A DNA stretch of 61,851 bases, taken from Rhina ancylostomus. Lineage: Eukaryota. The position numbers and the translations under genes are program-made. How positions within the stretch are numbered: the stretch's first letter is position 1; every line of letters begins with the position of its first letter. Shown in pieces: positions 25,830 to 39,230 of the stretch. Below the pieces are notes generated by a model. It was not told where the DNA came from. It made no database searches and saw only the letters and a list, made by a program, of their open reading frames with translations. The DNA is taken from the NCBI GenBank assembly GCA_030265395.1, contig JARFYF010000052.1, positions 123,742,484 through 123,804,334 of the forward strand, given 5' to 3'.

Positions 25830-26220
25830 CATTTCATCACAGAAAAGAACTTGGAAGAATATATTCCCTTTCATGTCTTTCAAATGGACCAAAATATTTA
25901 ATAGCCATAGTAGAGTTGAAGTGGATCACAGATGATATATGCAGTAAAATACAGTGTCCAATTTATGCACAACATAGTTCCACAGAAAATAATGGGAAAT
26001 ATTACCAGAAATGTGTTTTAGCTAGGATAGTGACAGAACTTCCGAATTTTGAACAGTGCCCCTGGATTGCTTACATTACCTGAGAAGGCAGACATGATTT
26101 GTTTACATTTCACCTCATATAATAAAACATTTCCTCAGTATTGCAATCATTTTTCAGAATAGATTCATTGCTTGTTTCTGTAGTGGATTTTGAATTAACT
26201 ATGTTTTAACTCAGAGGACA
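25830..26220 (-). mobile_element. Highly decayed DeuSINE
   Basis: Partial Deu-domain similarity (cctgagaaggcagac...cctcagtattgca). Confidence 0.4.
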
Positions 26221-27374
26221 TAAAAAATTGAGGGAAGGGAAACTGGTGCATCCAGTACACCCTATCCCTTGGGAAAGGCAATTATGGGGTAAAAATTTGA
26301 AAGTTCTTCTCCAAACTCTTTAAGCAATCAAAAGACTCCAGGAATAATATAGCAAGGTACCATCTCTTGTTGACAATTATTTCTACCTCAGCCATATGCA
26401 GATTGAACTACTTCACTGAGTGTTCACTGCAATCAGTTCCATTGGTCTAAAATTAAGGGCATAAAAGAGTATTTTATGCCCTTAAGTATTAAGAATCTTC
26501 CTTGATAAGTCCATGCATCTCTCAAGTACAAAGATTACGTCTAAGACTATGAGCCAAACTGATACTACTTTGGTTAAATAACCTCTCAACTTTCTTGTTC
26601 CTTCTCCATCTACAATCACATCTGGAATTCATCGAGATCTACCTGTCAGAGGATCTGCTCCCATTTCCCATCGAAATCTACTTCCTGGCAAGGTAATTTG
26701 AAAACACAACAGGTTCCAAATACACTCTAACTGCAGGTTCATTAGCACCACATCCTTAATTCCTCCTGGCTTCTTGTGCATCCCCAATCATCCCTCCCTT
26801 AAGGATCCTCAGGAAAATTTGATCTCTCGTAACAAACACTTCCTTTCTTTTCTTTTGCCCAGTGCCAATTTATGCCCAGTTACACTGCTATGAAAAAAAT
26901 GAATTCAAGTTGGCACAAGGAAACAAATCCATTATCTTTTAATTTATTTTCTTTAAATCCACTGTCCATTTATTCATTTAGCTTGAATAAAATGAGAAAT
27001 TCCACTTGAACTATTGCTTCATTTTAGCCGACCCTTCATTCTTTTGGTGGTCAAATCAAATCTACGCTCTTTTCTCAGCAACTTACTGGCTAGTACCGAT
27101 GGGGGAAAATTATTTACCTCGATTTCGAATTTTCCTTTGTTCTTGCAAAAAAGTCTGTAATTCCTCCACAATGATAATACAGCTCATTCCCAGCATAACC
27201 CATAGTTGTTCATGATCCTCACATAGGTAGGAGGTTACAGAGACAGGGAGCAGCATAGCCATTTAAACACAAGCATGAGAATTTTAAGTCTGAGGTTTTG
27301 AGAGTCAGGAAGCCATTGAATGCTGTTAGAGAAGAACTTAAAAAGGTAGCATTAGGCACAAGAAAAAAAGCTTT

Positions 27375-27600
27375 TCAAATTGCCAGAAAAAGTAGTAAGT
27401 CCGAGGACTGGAAGAATATACAAGAGCAAACTTGTTCAAACCACAAAAACACATTTAAAAAGCTGCTATAATTATATAAAAGGAAACATATCAGTGAGGG
27501 CAAATGTGGGACCCTTACAGATGGAGAAAGGAGAAGTGATAATGGGGAATAGGAAAACGGCAAAGGAATTAAGCAAATATTTTATGGCTATCTTCATGGA
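27375..27600 (+). mobile_element. CR1 ORF2 fragment
   Basis: ANVGPLQMEKGEVIMGNRKTAKELSKYF is typical CR1 ORF2 linker sequence. Confidence 0.75.
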
Positions 27601-27639
27601 ATGCAATATACTCCATATGTTTAACTTCTGCCTACTTGC

Positions 27640-28500
27640 TTAACTTTTTTAAGATACATTCCTTCATGGACTCTTTGTATCCTGCTCACAACTTGCTTGT
27701 CTACCTTTTCTTCGAATCAACACCAAATTTGGATATGATACACTCGGCCTCTTTATCTAAGTCATCAACACAGATTGTAAATAGATGAGGTCCCAGCACT
27801 GACTGTTCCAGCAGCCCACAAGATCCAAATGTCAGGCTAACTGGTTTTACAATTTGTGTTTTCTGTCTTCCCCCTTCCTTGAAGGCAGATGTTTCATTCA
27901 TGGTCTTCCAAATGACTGGACCAGAATCTAGGGAATTTTGAAAGATTTCAACCAACAAATCCATCATCTCTTCTGCCACTTCTTTTAAGAGCCTTGGATA
28001 CAGACTGTGAGATAGAAGGGACTTGTCATCCTTTATTCCCCTTGGTCTACCTAGTAACTTTTCTCTAGGTTAAGTGATCGTTTTAAATTTTTCCTTTATA
28101 TCCCTTATGTTTTTTGGTAATATTGTGAAACTAAAGATAAAATTTTTGTTCAATTTCTCTGTCATATCTTTATTTACCATAATTAATTCTCCAGTCTCAA
28201 CTTCTTAGGAACTGAACTGCTCTCTTCCTTATAAAAAACGTGTAAAATCTCTTAATCTATGCTTTCCCTCCAATTTCTTTTTTAGCTATTTTCCCAATCT
28301 TCTGGATGACCATGAGTTATCACAACATTGTATGATTTTTCTTTCAATTTGACAGCATTCTTAACTTCCTTGTTTATCCATGGATAGATCATTCTTCTCG
28401 TAGAGTATTCCTAAATGGAATATTATCTTTGTTCAGCTTGATGGAACAGCTCCTTATATATCTACCATGGCTTCTATACCATTTTAGTATTAATCTATTT
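27640..28500 (-). mobile_element. CR1 RT fragment
   Basis: IFQNSLDSG...SVLGPHLFTICVDDLD...ISKF. Confidence 0.8.
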
Positions 28501-28599
28501 TGAACTAAGCTTAAGTTCCCATTTTCCAAGCATAACTAAATATGACCAACTTGCAATTACACATTGTCCAATCAGATTTTGTGTTTGATGGCTACACCA

Positions 28600-29215
28600 A
28601 CTGGGAGCAGACACTGAGAAATTCACATTGTTTGGACTTAAAGCTTAAATGGCTGTCATACCAGGGAATGACTGGCAGAGAAAGAATAAACACTACCAAG
28701 GACAAGAATGTGGAAATAGTGAGCAAAATGTCAAGTGCAGAGGTATCGCAGCAAACAGACCAAGTAGTTGAAAGCATAAATGAGCAAAAATTAGAATTTT
28801 TACCCTGGGATACAAATGTAAAGGAGGAATAAAAGGAAATCATGGAATTTGGAGGATTAAGGATATCAAAATGTGGTTGGATTTGCTCTTGCGAATAATT
28901 GAAACCAGAAATCTGGAGAAATCATGGAGCAGAATAGACATGAGTAAAACTAGGAGTCTTTTGGAGGACATAGAGGCAATGAATATAAAAGACGGCAGAC
29001 AAGGACAATGCATTAAAGTTTAAGTTTCCGAGGATGGGAAACCATTTGCTGCAGGAACTGACAAGGAATACATGAGCAAAATGGGCCCAGTGGCAGGGGG
29101 CAGCAGGACAATTAGAGTGATATGCAAAGTGGAGTCTAGAATCGAAAAGCATGGAAAGTGATGTGGTCCTCTCAAAGGTGGACAAAATACCAGGGAGGTA
29201 AACAAAATGATGCAC
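28600..29215 (-). mobile_element. Old LINE (L2-like) endonuclease-region remnant
   Basis: Minus-strand VYLPG and ILGNLNF resemble the APE IYRPP and GDFN motifs; heavily decayed. Confidence 0.35.
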
Positions 29216-29769
29216 TAAACTACCAAAGTGGTAGAAAGTATAGCCAGCTGCAAATGTTCTAGTATGAGGGAAGATCTCACTTCCTTAGAGCCAAGTTTCA
29301 ACAATGCCCTAAAATCACCGCAACCATGCTGTCATGTACCTTAATAGGTTTCCCAAACAGCACTTTATTGAACATGTTTTAAAATACTTCTGTGATAAAT
29401 CACTACATTAAAAAAATTACTGTACATTAAATCTTCAAAAAATCTGTTAGGCACTATTTGTTTTATGCATGTGTTAGCCGAACTTAATAAACTCAATTTT
29501 CAAAGTGACAATTAAGTTTATCCTATATACCTGATGGTCTCTCATAACATCTTAAAATTTCCTTGTTTAAAACAAGTTCCAGTTTCCGATGAACCCCGTT
29601 CATTTACAAGATTACGTTTTGGTCATACCACAATCATCTTCTCTTGCAAAACTTTCTATTAATTCCTTTGTCATTTTATCTGCCTGGTATTTTTACAGAA
29701 TAATTTATCTAGGTTAATATTTTCCTTCTATGCTTGAAATTAACTTGCTGAATGGAAATATTTATTTTC

Positions 29770-29900
29770 CTTCAATTCCAATGAAAAGTCATCAACCTGA
29801 AATGTTCACTGTTTTTCTCTCCATAAATGCTGCCTAACCTGCTGAGTACATCTTCAGAATTTTCTCTTTTTCCACAATTCCAGCATCTGCAGTTTCTTGC
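29770..29900 (+). mobile_element. Penelope-type tail (short non-autonomous repeat)
   Basis: atgaaaagtcatcaacctgaaatg...gctgcctaacctgctgag...ccagcatctgcagttt. Related copies lie near 14040-14130, 48150-48340, 55190-55330 and 59830-60190. Confidence 0.65.
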
Positions 29901-32900
29901 TTTTCTATTTTCAGGCTTTTATTTCAAACTATATTTCAGCAGTTGTTTACTTTATGATTCTCATTTTTATATTTCCTAATTACTTCACTTAATTTTCTAG
30001 AACTAGTTAAAGAAGTTTCTTCCTCCTAAAGTATATTCAGACTTTAAAACCTCAGCCCAGCATAACACATTTACCACTTCCTGATTTAACTCCCCTCTAA
30101 GCATCAGTGTGCACCATCATTCATTCCAATTTCTCTTGGTAAAAAAGTAAAACCTGGATGTAAAATAAAATGTTTAAAATGGAGAGCTAAAAGTATAAAT
30201 CATTATGAGATGTAATAAATTACATTGTTATTACATAACATTAAGCATGGACTAATTTGCTTTCCTTCATTGCTTTGAAGTTCAATTTAATAATTGAGCT
30301 TTGTACCTTACCAAACATATTTGAAAAGCAGATCCTACTAACAATTTTGTTGAGGATGGGCATATATTCTGGAATCATATGTGAAAAATGTGTTCTTGAA
30401 TTGGTAAAACAAGTTAAAGAATCTGAAAGCTAAAAAAGGTGAATCTCTCCAGCCTACCTGTGTTAGTTTAGTTTTTAAAAATATTCTTTTGAACTATAAA
30501 GTCTTCAATGTACTTACAAACTACAATTGTTTATTTTCTCCCAGTAACTCAATCCAGCAATATTGTGTAACTTAACAAACTGAAACAAAAATGGCTTTTT
30601 TCCTAGTTTCAATAAAAATAGAATTATAAATTAATTGCAGTACACTATTTAAGCAAAGCTTTGTGATCATATATAGCTCATTTGTTCCAAAACACTTAAC
30701 ACCTATGAAATAAACAAGTTGATAAATGTTTTAATAAAGGAATTGGTCTAACTCGCCGTCATATAACTTTTTATTTCCCTTCACCCCTACCATACTCTTC
30801 TCATAGAAATAATAGTATTCCTTAAAACTTCAAAACAAAGTAAACTGAAGTAGGCCAAGTAGAAATAATTATTTGCAATCTCCATCATCAATCTGTGTAA
30901 AGCTTCAAGTATGGTCAAACAATATCAAGCTCACCCTTGGATTAAAGCGTTTTGCTAAGGACACAGGAGTTTAGACAAAATATATGTATATGGTAGATGC
31001 CATGTAAAACAAAGAAATAAACTTTCTGACATGTTTTTCTAGCATGCAGCAATTGCAGTCCATGAAAGGATATAACTAAACGATCAGCATTAATGTTACT
31101 TTAATAAATTATCCAGAAAATTCACGCGAACACTTAAAGGACATGCCCCGCAACATTGCCGGCAACTCCCACAGATTTCCCAGCATCTGCAGTGCTGATG
31201 ACAAAATGACGCTGTACACAGAAGCGTACTTTGGGCAACTAAACAGCACAAACAAAACCTGAAAATTGCAAACTAAAATAAATCTGTTGATAAAATTCTA
31301 CTCATTGTTAAACTTCAGTTCCACTACTGTAATATTTCAAGCAGTTATGAATGCCAGTCACTAACTTGTGATCTTTCTTTCAATACATTTTTTCACGTGC
31401 GACATAAAATTTATTTCAGCAAACCCAGAAGAATTTAGGACGATTAAATCATGGGCAAAATCATCCTGGCAAAAATCACATGGAATATTTCACATACTGG
31501 ATTATTTCTAAATAAGAAAATTCTTCCAGTCGACTTCATACACCGATATTCAAATTTTATTTCAATAGAAATAAAAACATGATATCCTTTCCAAGTAGCT
31601 GCTGTCAGCCCTCTACCAGTTAAGTGCTCTCTATTGGACATGATTATTTTATAATGTATATTGATGTTAAAAGAGACGTGTTATCACATCGAAACAGATG
31701 TCACCATCATCGTTTCGCCAAACGTAGCTGCAATGTAGCCACAAACCTTCAGTCACAGCATAGTTTCTGTAATTCCGCCAACCACGACCCAATCCCAGTA
31801 CGTTTAATGATAAGACATGTAAAAGATAGCTCTAACTTCCATTTAATATTCTTACAAATAGTATATACAACAAGAATTAAAATGTACGATCTATGCGAAT
31901 TACGCTTTTTGGCTGAACATTAATAATCTATTGACACTTAGATTTTTGGTTACCATTTATCTTCCAAACCATTACGACGTGATTTTCATTTTTTTTAATA
32001 AAAAAAATTAAAGTTAATTGAATTAGCCTGAATGATCTAATATTTTATAAACCTGTACGAGCTCCAAGGAACATCGCAAAAATGATGCAAAAGTTAAATC
32101 TAAGCGTTTCATTTAAGAATTCTGATATGACAATAAAATTAATCTGGGGACTCCCGGGATTACAGTGTGAAAATAAACACGGATCATGATCTGCATTAAA
32201 TAGGATTTATGGAGGTTTAGAATAAAATTATAATATGACCACGGCTCTAGCCCTTTTAACCCGAATCACAAGGTTGCATCCTAACCCGAAAACGCTGGAT
32301 TAGGAGACATTTTTTAAAACTGGGATATCAAAATAATGGCCCCATGTTATGAAAATATAAAGGAACCTACATTTAATTGAAATAAATGATAAACATATCA
32401 TTCTCAATACAGAACTGATTAAAAATCTCAAGTCTGAATTCTATACAACTGGTATTATTTAGGATAACAAAACCTCACTCTTTTCAGAATGACGACAGCC
32501 AACTCTGCACCAAGTGGACCCAAAACCAACGCTTCATTCAGATTCGATGTACACTTCTTACTCAATCGCAAAAAGGGGTACAGAAAATCCATTTTCATAT
32601 CCTTAACTTAATCTGGGTTGATATGAATAAATTTGCCATACAAGTGACAGGGCAAAAATAAAAGCGAGGAAAGAGATGGAGCAGATAAAATAAATGTTAT
32701 CAGAAGGAAAACGTAATGGGTGCTTGAATTACAAAGTCGCACAAAGCAGTTTACTAAATACCGTTCAAAAATCCATGAGATCGCTAAAAAATGCGCACAA
32801 ATGAATGCACCAAAAAGCATGCAACCCGTTTTTGAACTTGACCTTTAGCTCAACTTGTACAACAAACTATGAAAGAAGCTATTTGTAAGAATTATTCAGC

Positions 32901-33330
32901 TCTTACACATGCATTTACAGGAGGCGGGAGAGCTAGTACCTTCGATTCAGTGTTTACAGGGAATGAATTGAACCGATTGAAATCGATCTGATTCCTTTTT
33001 TTGCCCCCACCACCACTCCCCGCCTCTCGCTTCTCCCTGTGACCACTCCACCTAACCTGACCACGAAGGCGCCGCCCCCCTCCGCCACCATTGGTCGGAT
33101 CATGTCAGCGGCGCCCTGACGCACCGCGTCAGTGGGACCCGGCCCACTTTCCCACTGGCGGACGCCCCCGTCAATCCCCCGTGCGTCACAATGGTTAAGG
33201 AGGACATCAAGTCAGGTTGCCGTGAATCCGGAGAGGCCCAGCAGTTTGAGGACAAACGCGGGGTGGGGAAGGGTGGGAGGCAGATGATGAAACACACGCC
33301 CTTGCCCTTAGCCGAAACCAGATCACTTAC

Positions 33331-33346
33331 TGGCAAATATACCTGT
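33331..33346 (-). other. Candidate micro-exon or end of an alternative first exon
   Basis: Minus strand reads cttttcttttatag|ACAGGTATATTTGCCA|gtaagtg, with consensus donor intron bases and a polypyrimidine/AG acceptor. Confidence 0.4.
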
Positions 33347-33789
33347 CTATAAAAGAAAAGGCGCTCGCCTTCATATTAGGTGCCCATTTAGGAAGAGAGA
33401 GGGGGGATTCAATCAAACGCTGCGGAGCTGTCACTCTGAATAAAACGTTGGTTATTATTTTGAATTTTAAACCGGTCCCCATTCTGACGCAGCTCGGGGG
33501 CGCCGGCTGACATTTAAAAAACACACAACACACACGCCCGGCGCTTTGTATAAGCCGGTTACTTGCTACAGCAACCAGCCAGGGGCCCCCGCCCCCTCTT
33601 TCTACTCCTCACACACACACTCCCTCCCCGGTGCCCAAAACGGCGGCAAAGCCGCGTCAACCGCCAGAGAAAGACGCCGCTCACGGGATCACAGCCATTA
33701 CCGAGCGGGGAGGGAGGGGGTTCGCGTCCATTTGTTCAGCTTCACCACAGTTTAATGTGACTTGCCTGGTTCTCCCCCGCAGCTGCAGC

Positions 33790-33810
33790 AGGAGGAGGAG
33801 GAGGAGGAGG
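33790..33810. repeat. (AGG)7 trinucleotide repeat in the probable 5'UTR
   Basis: Direct reading of the sequence. Confidence 0.9.
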
Positions 33811-35634
33811 CGCGGCCCCGATCGCTGTGTCCGGCGCTTGGCAGCACGATCGCCCTCCCCCTGTCTCGCTCGCTGGATCCGATGTAACGTCCCGTTCGTC
33901 CGCCCCCCTCCCCTCTCGCACCAAAGCCGCAGCCGCGCAGCGCCAGGGCCCCGTCGCCAAGGGAAGCACGTCGTCAGGCGACAGGCCGCAGCACCACCCG
34001 CTCCGCTCCTCGCAACACGATCCCTCCGCGATCGCGTCACCCTCCCACCGCGCGCGCACGGGTACACGCCGAGGCCGGGGGTACGAGTAATGTAGGTCGC
34101 ACCACGCACCCCCTTCCCCCCCCCCCGCCGCTCGGCCCAGCGACCGGGAAGACAGGTGGGAGGGAGGCCTGCCTGACCTGAGGCAGCCTTGCTGCTACTG
34201 TTGTCCGTGGGAATCGAAAGGTTCAGCGGTGGGGCTGTTAAATTGGTGCCGCGAAACACTGGTTGAGTCAGGGACGATCACTTTTGGTAAATTATAACTT
34301 GACCAAATATTTCATTAAATGCGGCAGGTGGGTGACTCCATCTCCATCCTTTCTGATTATCATTTCCGACGTTGCAACAGGGATCGTGTTTCAGAAGCAC
34401 TTCGTTGTTCCTGGAAAGGGACCTCAAAGGCGTTATACAAATGTAGGTCTTGCTGCTGGATCTGAAGTCTTTAAGACGGTGCAAGGCTTTCTTCAACGTC
34501 GACTTGGGGGGAGGAAGATGCAACATCCTCACCACTTCGTGGGCCGTTACTACTCAAGGCGGAGAAAGGGCATCCAGAAAGGCAATGAGCACGTTAAGTC
34601 TTCGCCGTGAAAGCAGGTGGAGGTCGGGCATAAATATTGCAAGGAAGCTACAGCATCCCAAATCATCCAGCCCCCTTCCCCAGCCAAGAATTTCTGGCGC
34701 TGTCAGCCACCTCTGAATTGGAGTGGAAGCAAATCATCCAAACCAGTAAAGAACTGCTGAAGGAGACTATTTAGATGGAATTTATTTGGTTGGCTCGGGC
34801 TGTGGGACATGACATTTGAGAGTTGAATGTATAAATATGGCATTTGTTCTCACAATACCAATGACAAGGAATATTTTATACAGCTCCATCAGATCATAAA
34901 TAGCTGCAAAGACTGTGCGAAAACTGCACATCCATTAAAGCGCAGGAAATATGTTTTTAAAAGTGGTGTGCATCAAAATAAATCAAGGATGGTGATTGCA
35001 AGTTTTCATAAGTGATAAGTCAGGGTGAGTTACACAGATCTCTTACGCTGTTGACTATTATACTTCAGAATGGTTTATTTGGTATCTGAGTTATAGAGTG
35101 GTGTGGGTGAGTATGCACATTGTCTTACCTTTCGTTGTTAAATTTAGTCCCCGTATGGTAGGATTTTCTCGTGTCAAATGGATACTACAGTAGGCAGTTA
35201 TTGGGTGAGAGTTGCTATGGATGTAACTGAGCTCACGTGTTCAATGCTGTTAGATACAGGGTCTGATATTTGAGAACTGCCCGTGACTTCTGGGTAAATG
35301 AGTTGCTGCAAACTGTTATCTCGCAAGAGGGGCAAATTCTACATTCCAGAGATGACAGCAGTTTATTGCGTGGGTTAATTGCATAATTGTATTATATGCA
35401 TCATAGGTTGTCAACGTTTTAGAATGACAGGAGTGCTTTGATTTGCACACAGTTGAAATTCAAATCATACCAATAATGACATTAATAAATAGACCACATA
35501 TGTAATGAAGTTTTTGTAGGGGAAGTTTATTTTTCACTATTAGATTAGGCCCATTAGAAAGAGCAGTAATGTTACCAACATTACTACAATTTTGCAGCAT
35601 AACAAATGTGTATTTAAATTTAATATCTGTTGTT

Positions 35635-35960
35635 CATCAGAATGAGATTTATTATCACTGATGTATGGCGTGAAATTTGTTGTTTTGCGGCAGTAATACA
35701 ATGCAAAGACAAAAATCTATAAATTACAGAAATAAATAGTGCAAGAATAACAAAGATAGTGTTCATGGATGGCTCAGAAAGCTGATGGCAGGGGGAAGAA
35801 GCTGTTCCTGAGTTGTTGAGTGTGGGTCTTCAGGCTCCTGTACCACCTCCCTGATGCTAATAATGAGAAGGGGGAATGTTTCAGATGGTGAGAGTCCCTA
35901 ATGATGGATGCCACCTTCTTGAGGCTCTGCCTCTTGAAGATGTCCTTGATGGTGGATGTC
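35635..35960 (-). mobile_element. Rex1/Babar LINE 3' end
   Basis: FSLLASGRWYRSLKT...LRNSFFP. Confidence 0.85.
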
Positions 35961-37649
35961 TCATTGTATCTTAGTAATTGCATGAATAGAGTTAAGGTTG
36001 AACATATATATCATGTGTTAGTATGGATTTTTTTGAATAATTTGCACTTAAACATTTAAGGAGTTAAGAGGTCAACCTATTTGTTAAATTTACAAAGGAA
36101 AGCAAGTACACAAGTGGATTAATTAGCTCTTTCTGTCTGTTCTGACATATATGGCTGATCTGTGACCCAACCCTATAAATCTGCTTTTACCCACATCCTC
36201 TAATAATTTTGGTTAATAAAATTCTGTTAATCTCAGACTTGAAATCTGCAGTTGACCTAGCAACAATTCACAGTTGTGAAAGAGAGTTTCAAGCTTCCCC
36301 TAGCTTAATGCATAAAGATGATTCCAAACTTCACTTCTGAAAGGTCTATTCATCATTTTTAGACAATACCCCCCTAATCTTTGGTGGTAGTTTCTCTATC
36401 TAACCTATCAGTTTCTCTTTAATATCTTGAAGACTTAAATAAACAGCCACTTAATCGGAATTCCATGGAATACAACCTTAGTTTGTGAATTATTTAACCT
36501 TTGGATTTCATGTATGTTATTGATAAATCAATGTATCTGATAAATGATGTTACATGGTTTCTTGTTATGCATTNNNNNNNNNNNNNNNNNNNNNNNNNNN
36601 NNNNNNNNNNNNNNNNNNNNNNNNNNNNNNNNNNNNNNNNNNNNNNNNNNNNNNNNNNNNNNNNNNNNNNNNNNNNNNNNNNNNNNNNNNNNNNNNNNNN
36701 NNNNNNNNNNNNNNNNNNNNNNNAAAAGGGATTTTTTAAAAATTGTTGCAGTTTTGTGTAACTTGAACTGAAGTGACTGATAGATATAAAGAGAGAATAG
36801 CAAAACAAAATTAGGTTTCCTAATCTTGTAGTTCCAGCTTTTTTTATGATTGAAAGTGTTTTTAACATTTCAAATTTTTTCCACCCAGTAGTTTTGTTGA
36901 ACACTGTGACATCTTCACTGTTATTACAAAGCATTCACAGCTTTCTAATCTGTGGTTCTTTGAAGACAGTGAGTCTGGTAAAAGAATTAGAAATAGGTAC
37001 AACTACTTTTTTTTTAAAAGTAATGAAAGTATCAATGGTACATTTATGATGAATTATCTGGAAAATTGACATACTTCATCAACAAAATTGAAACTTCAGT
37101 CATTTTTTTCAGACAGAGGAAGCTTTTGATAAGGTGGCACAAAAGAGATGACGTTATCACAGATAAATCTGGTGAAATCAAATGATGGACACTTGATTTG
37201 GCAGCAAATTGGTTGGTTGCTTGCCTGCAAAGTATTGTTGCTTTTGGAAGTGTTTTGCACAGAGACCTTTTAAAAATTGTAACAATAGGAATCTGTTATG
37301 AAGGCAAATAAAGTGCTAGGATAAAGCATATTATACAATTCCAAGAAAAATAGAATCCTTTCTGAGACTTAAGTAGGTCTCATCTGGAATACTCTGTTCT
37401 GTTTTGGACGTAAATTATACAATGAAAGTAATATGCAATGGCATCATTTTACACTTTGTGAACATCAGAGCAGGAACCAGCCATTTAGCTTCTCAAGCTT
37501 ATACTCAATTTTTTTTAGATAGTGAATGATGCATAGCTCAGCTTCATTTGCTTGATCTGACTCCATATTCTTTGATATTCTCATCTAACAGATATATTGA
37601 TCTTGGCTGATTCTTCTTCCTGATATCTTTATCACGACATTTAAATTAA

Positions 37650-38030
37650 ACCATAGAACCATAGAACATTACAACACAATACAGGACCTTCGGCCCACCG
37701 TGTTGTGCCGCCCATTAAACCACACTATCTAACCCTTTCCTCCCGCATATCCCTCTATCCCACATTCCTCCATATGCCTATCCAACAATCTCTTGNNNNN
37801 NNNNNNNNNNNNNNNNNNNNNNNNNNNNNNNNNNNNNNNNNNNNNNNNNNNNNNNNNNNNNNNNNNNNNNNNNNNNNNNNNNNNNNNNNNNNNNNGCACT
37901 CCCTCCACCACAACCCTCTGCTTTCTACCATCAAGCCAATTCCTAATCCACACAGCCAAGCTTCCCTGGATCACATGGCCCCTGACCTTCTGGAGAAGTC
38001 TACCATGAGGAACTTTATCAAACGCCTTAA
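37650..38030 (-). mobile_element. Young CR1 LINE (gapped)
   Basis: Tail ccatagaaccatagaac; KRLLDRHMEECGIEGY and WIRNWLDGRKQRVVVEG; same family as 17153-17639. Confidence 0.9.
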
Positions 38031-39166
38031 TGTTTTTTATTTGTCACTCCTGCTGTAGCTACAATTATTTTTGTATTGTTTTCAACTGAAGCCTATATAT
38101 GTATGTTTGTAAGTTAAATTCTTATGTTTTTAATCTTTAATCTCCCTTCTGTAATATTTTTGATGAAACCCTGCTTTATTTATTAGCTGCAAGTCCTCTA
38201 TCCTTTCTGGCAGGAGTTTTGTTCCAGCCCAATTCAGGTGAACTCTATAAAACAGTGTGGGTCCATCCTGATCCTGTAGTGATTGATGCCAATATCCCAT
38301 GAAATGGAATCACTTCTCACAACACGCCTTTAGCAAAAATTGTTCACCTTTCTGATCTGTTTGTCCCTTGCTAATTAGCACATGACTTGAGTAGTAATCT
38401 TGAAAATGCCCACCTTTTGAGTCCTTGCTTTTAAATTTAGCTCCTTTCAACTAATGTTTTCCAATGTTCCTTACCTGAGCACCAGTTAATCAGTGTGAAC
38501 ATAATCAGAAAGACACTATTATGTTATTTTTGGCTGGATGCATTTCTTGTAGTCCAACACTGAAGTTAGTGTGTGGTTACTGAGAGTAAACAATGTGATT
38601 TGTTTTGTTCCAGCTATAGTCTGGGTTGTCATGAAGATCCCTCAGTGAAGGTTAGGGTATAGGCCTCACCTAGACATATTCAGCAGGGCCCTCTCCAAGG
38701 AGATAATACCTTCGACCATGATGGATGCTCTCTTCCTAATTAATGGCACGAATCTTCTCGTGAGTTCACCACAAAACCCTGACCATCCCAAGATTACATC
38801 TAACCTGAGAATGTTTATTGCAATGTAATCTCCTACTGCTCACTCTTCCCTGTGTTGTCAGGGCTCTGAACAGCACAGTTTGAGTGACTACCGCATTGTG
38901 CATCTTTTTCTTAAGAACACCCAATATTGTGCATATGCTCTCTGTTTTCCATTGTTCTTACATCTCTCTATCAAATGTAATCTGTTTTATTATAATTCCA
39001 AGTGAAGCTTTGGTTGTCTTTATAGCATCAAATAACATATAATGTTTGTACAGTACACTTTATATGGTTCATACTTTTTATTCAGTCAATGCAGCAAGAA
39101 CCATATACAACTGGGACAAACAATAAGTCAATTTAAAATCTATATTTACACTTAAGGGTGTTTGAC

Positions 39167-39230
39167 GCATTTGATAGACTTATCCTGGGAGAGCAGTCAC
39201 AATGATCATTGATTCTCCCCTGCCAGGTAA
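39167..39230 (-). pseudogene. 3'-truncated U1 snRNA-derived sequence
   Basis: Minus strand TTACCTGGCAGGGGAGA matches the U1 5' end as I recall it for 17 nt. It continues as ATGATCA...TCCCAGG...ATC.A.TGC, colinear with U1 stem-loops I-II. No Sm site or stem-loop IV. Confidence 0.75.

Larger units (their letters stand above)
33000..34700. promoter_or_regulatory. CpG island / promoter of an unidentified gene (probably minus strand, possibly bidirectional)
   Basis: Abrupt GC- and CpG-rich block with GC boxes, ATTGG (CCAAT on -), multiple TGACG half-CRE sites, CGCGCGC, X-box-like GTCGCCAAGGGAAG (33953-33966) and minus-strand splice donors. Confidence 0.85.

Noticed and set aside
31139-31170. p53 response element (GGACATGCCC)
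   Set aside because: Only one good half-site; the neighbouring decamers do not fit RRRCWWGYYY.
32760-34700. First exon of PRDM16 or MECOM (MRSK.RARKLA)
   Set aside because: I found no such coding sequence in the island.
33563-34716. Long overlapping ORFs in the CpG island, including a PHACTR3-like AGENQ ending
   Set aside because: These are expected from high GC. Most start at non-ATG codons, none has a recognisable domain, and the PHACTR resemblance is limited to about four residues.
33000-34830. Telomerase RNA (TERC), expected near ACTRT3 by mammalian synteny
   Set aside because: There is no CTAACCCT template in the GC-rich block. Fragments such as ctgtcagcc, ctgtgggac and aaatgtcagc are isolated, on mixed strands, and lack the pseudoknot and P6.1 context.
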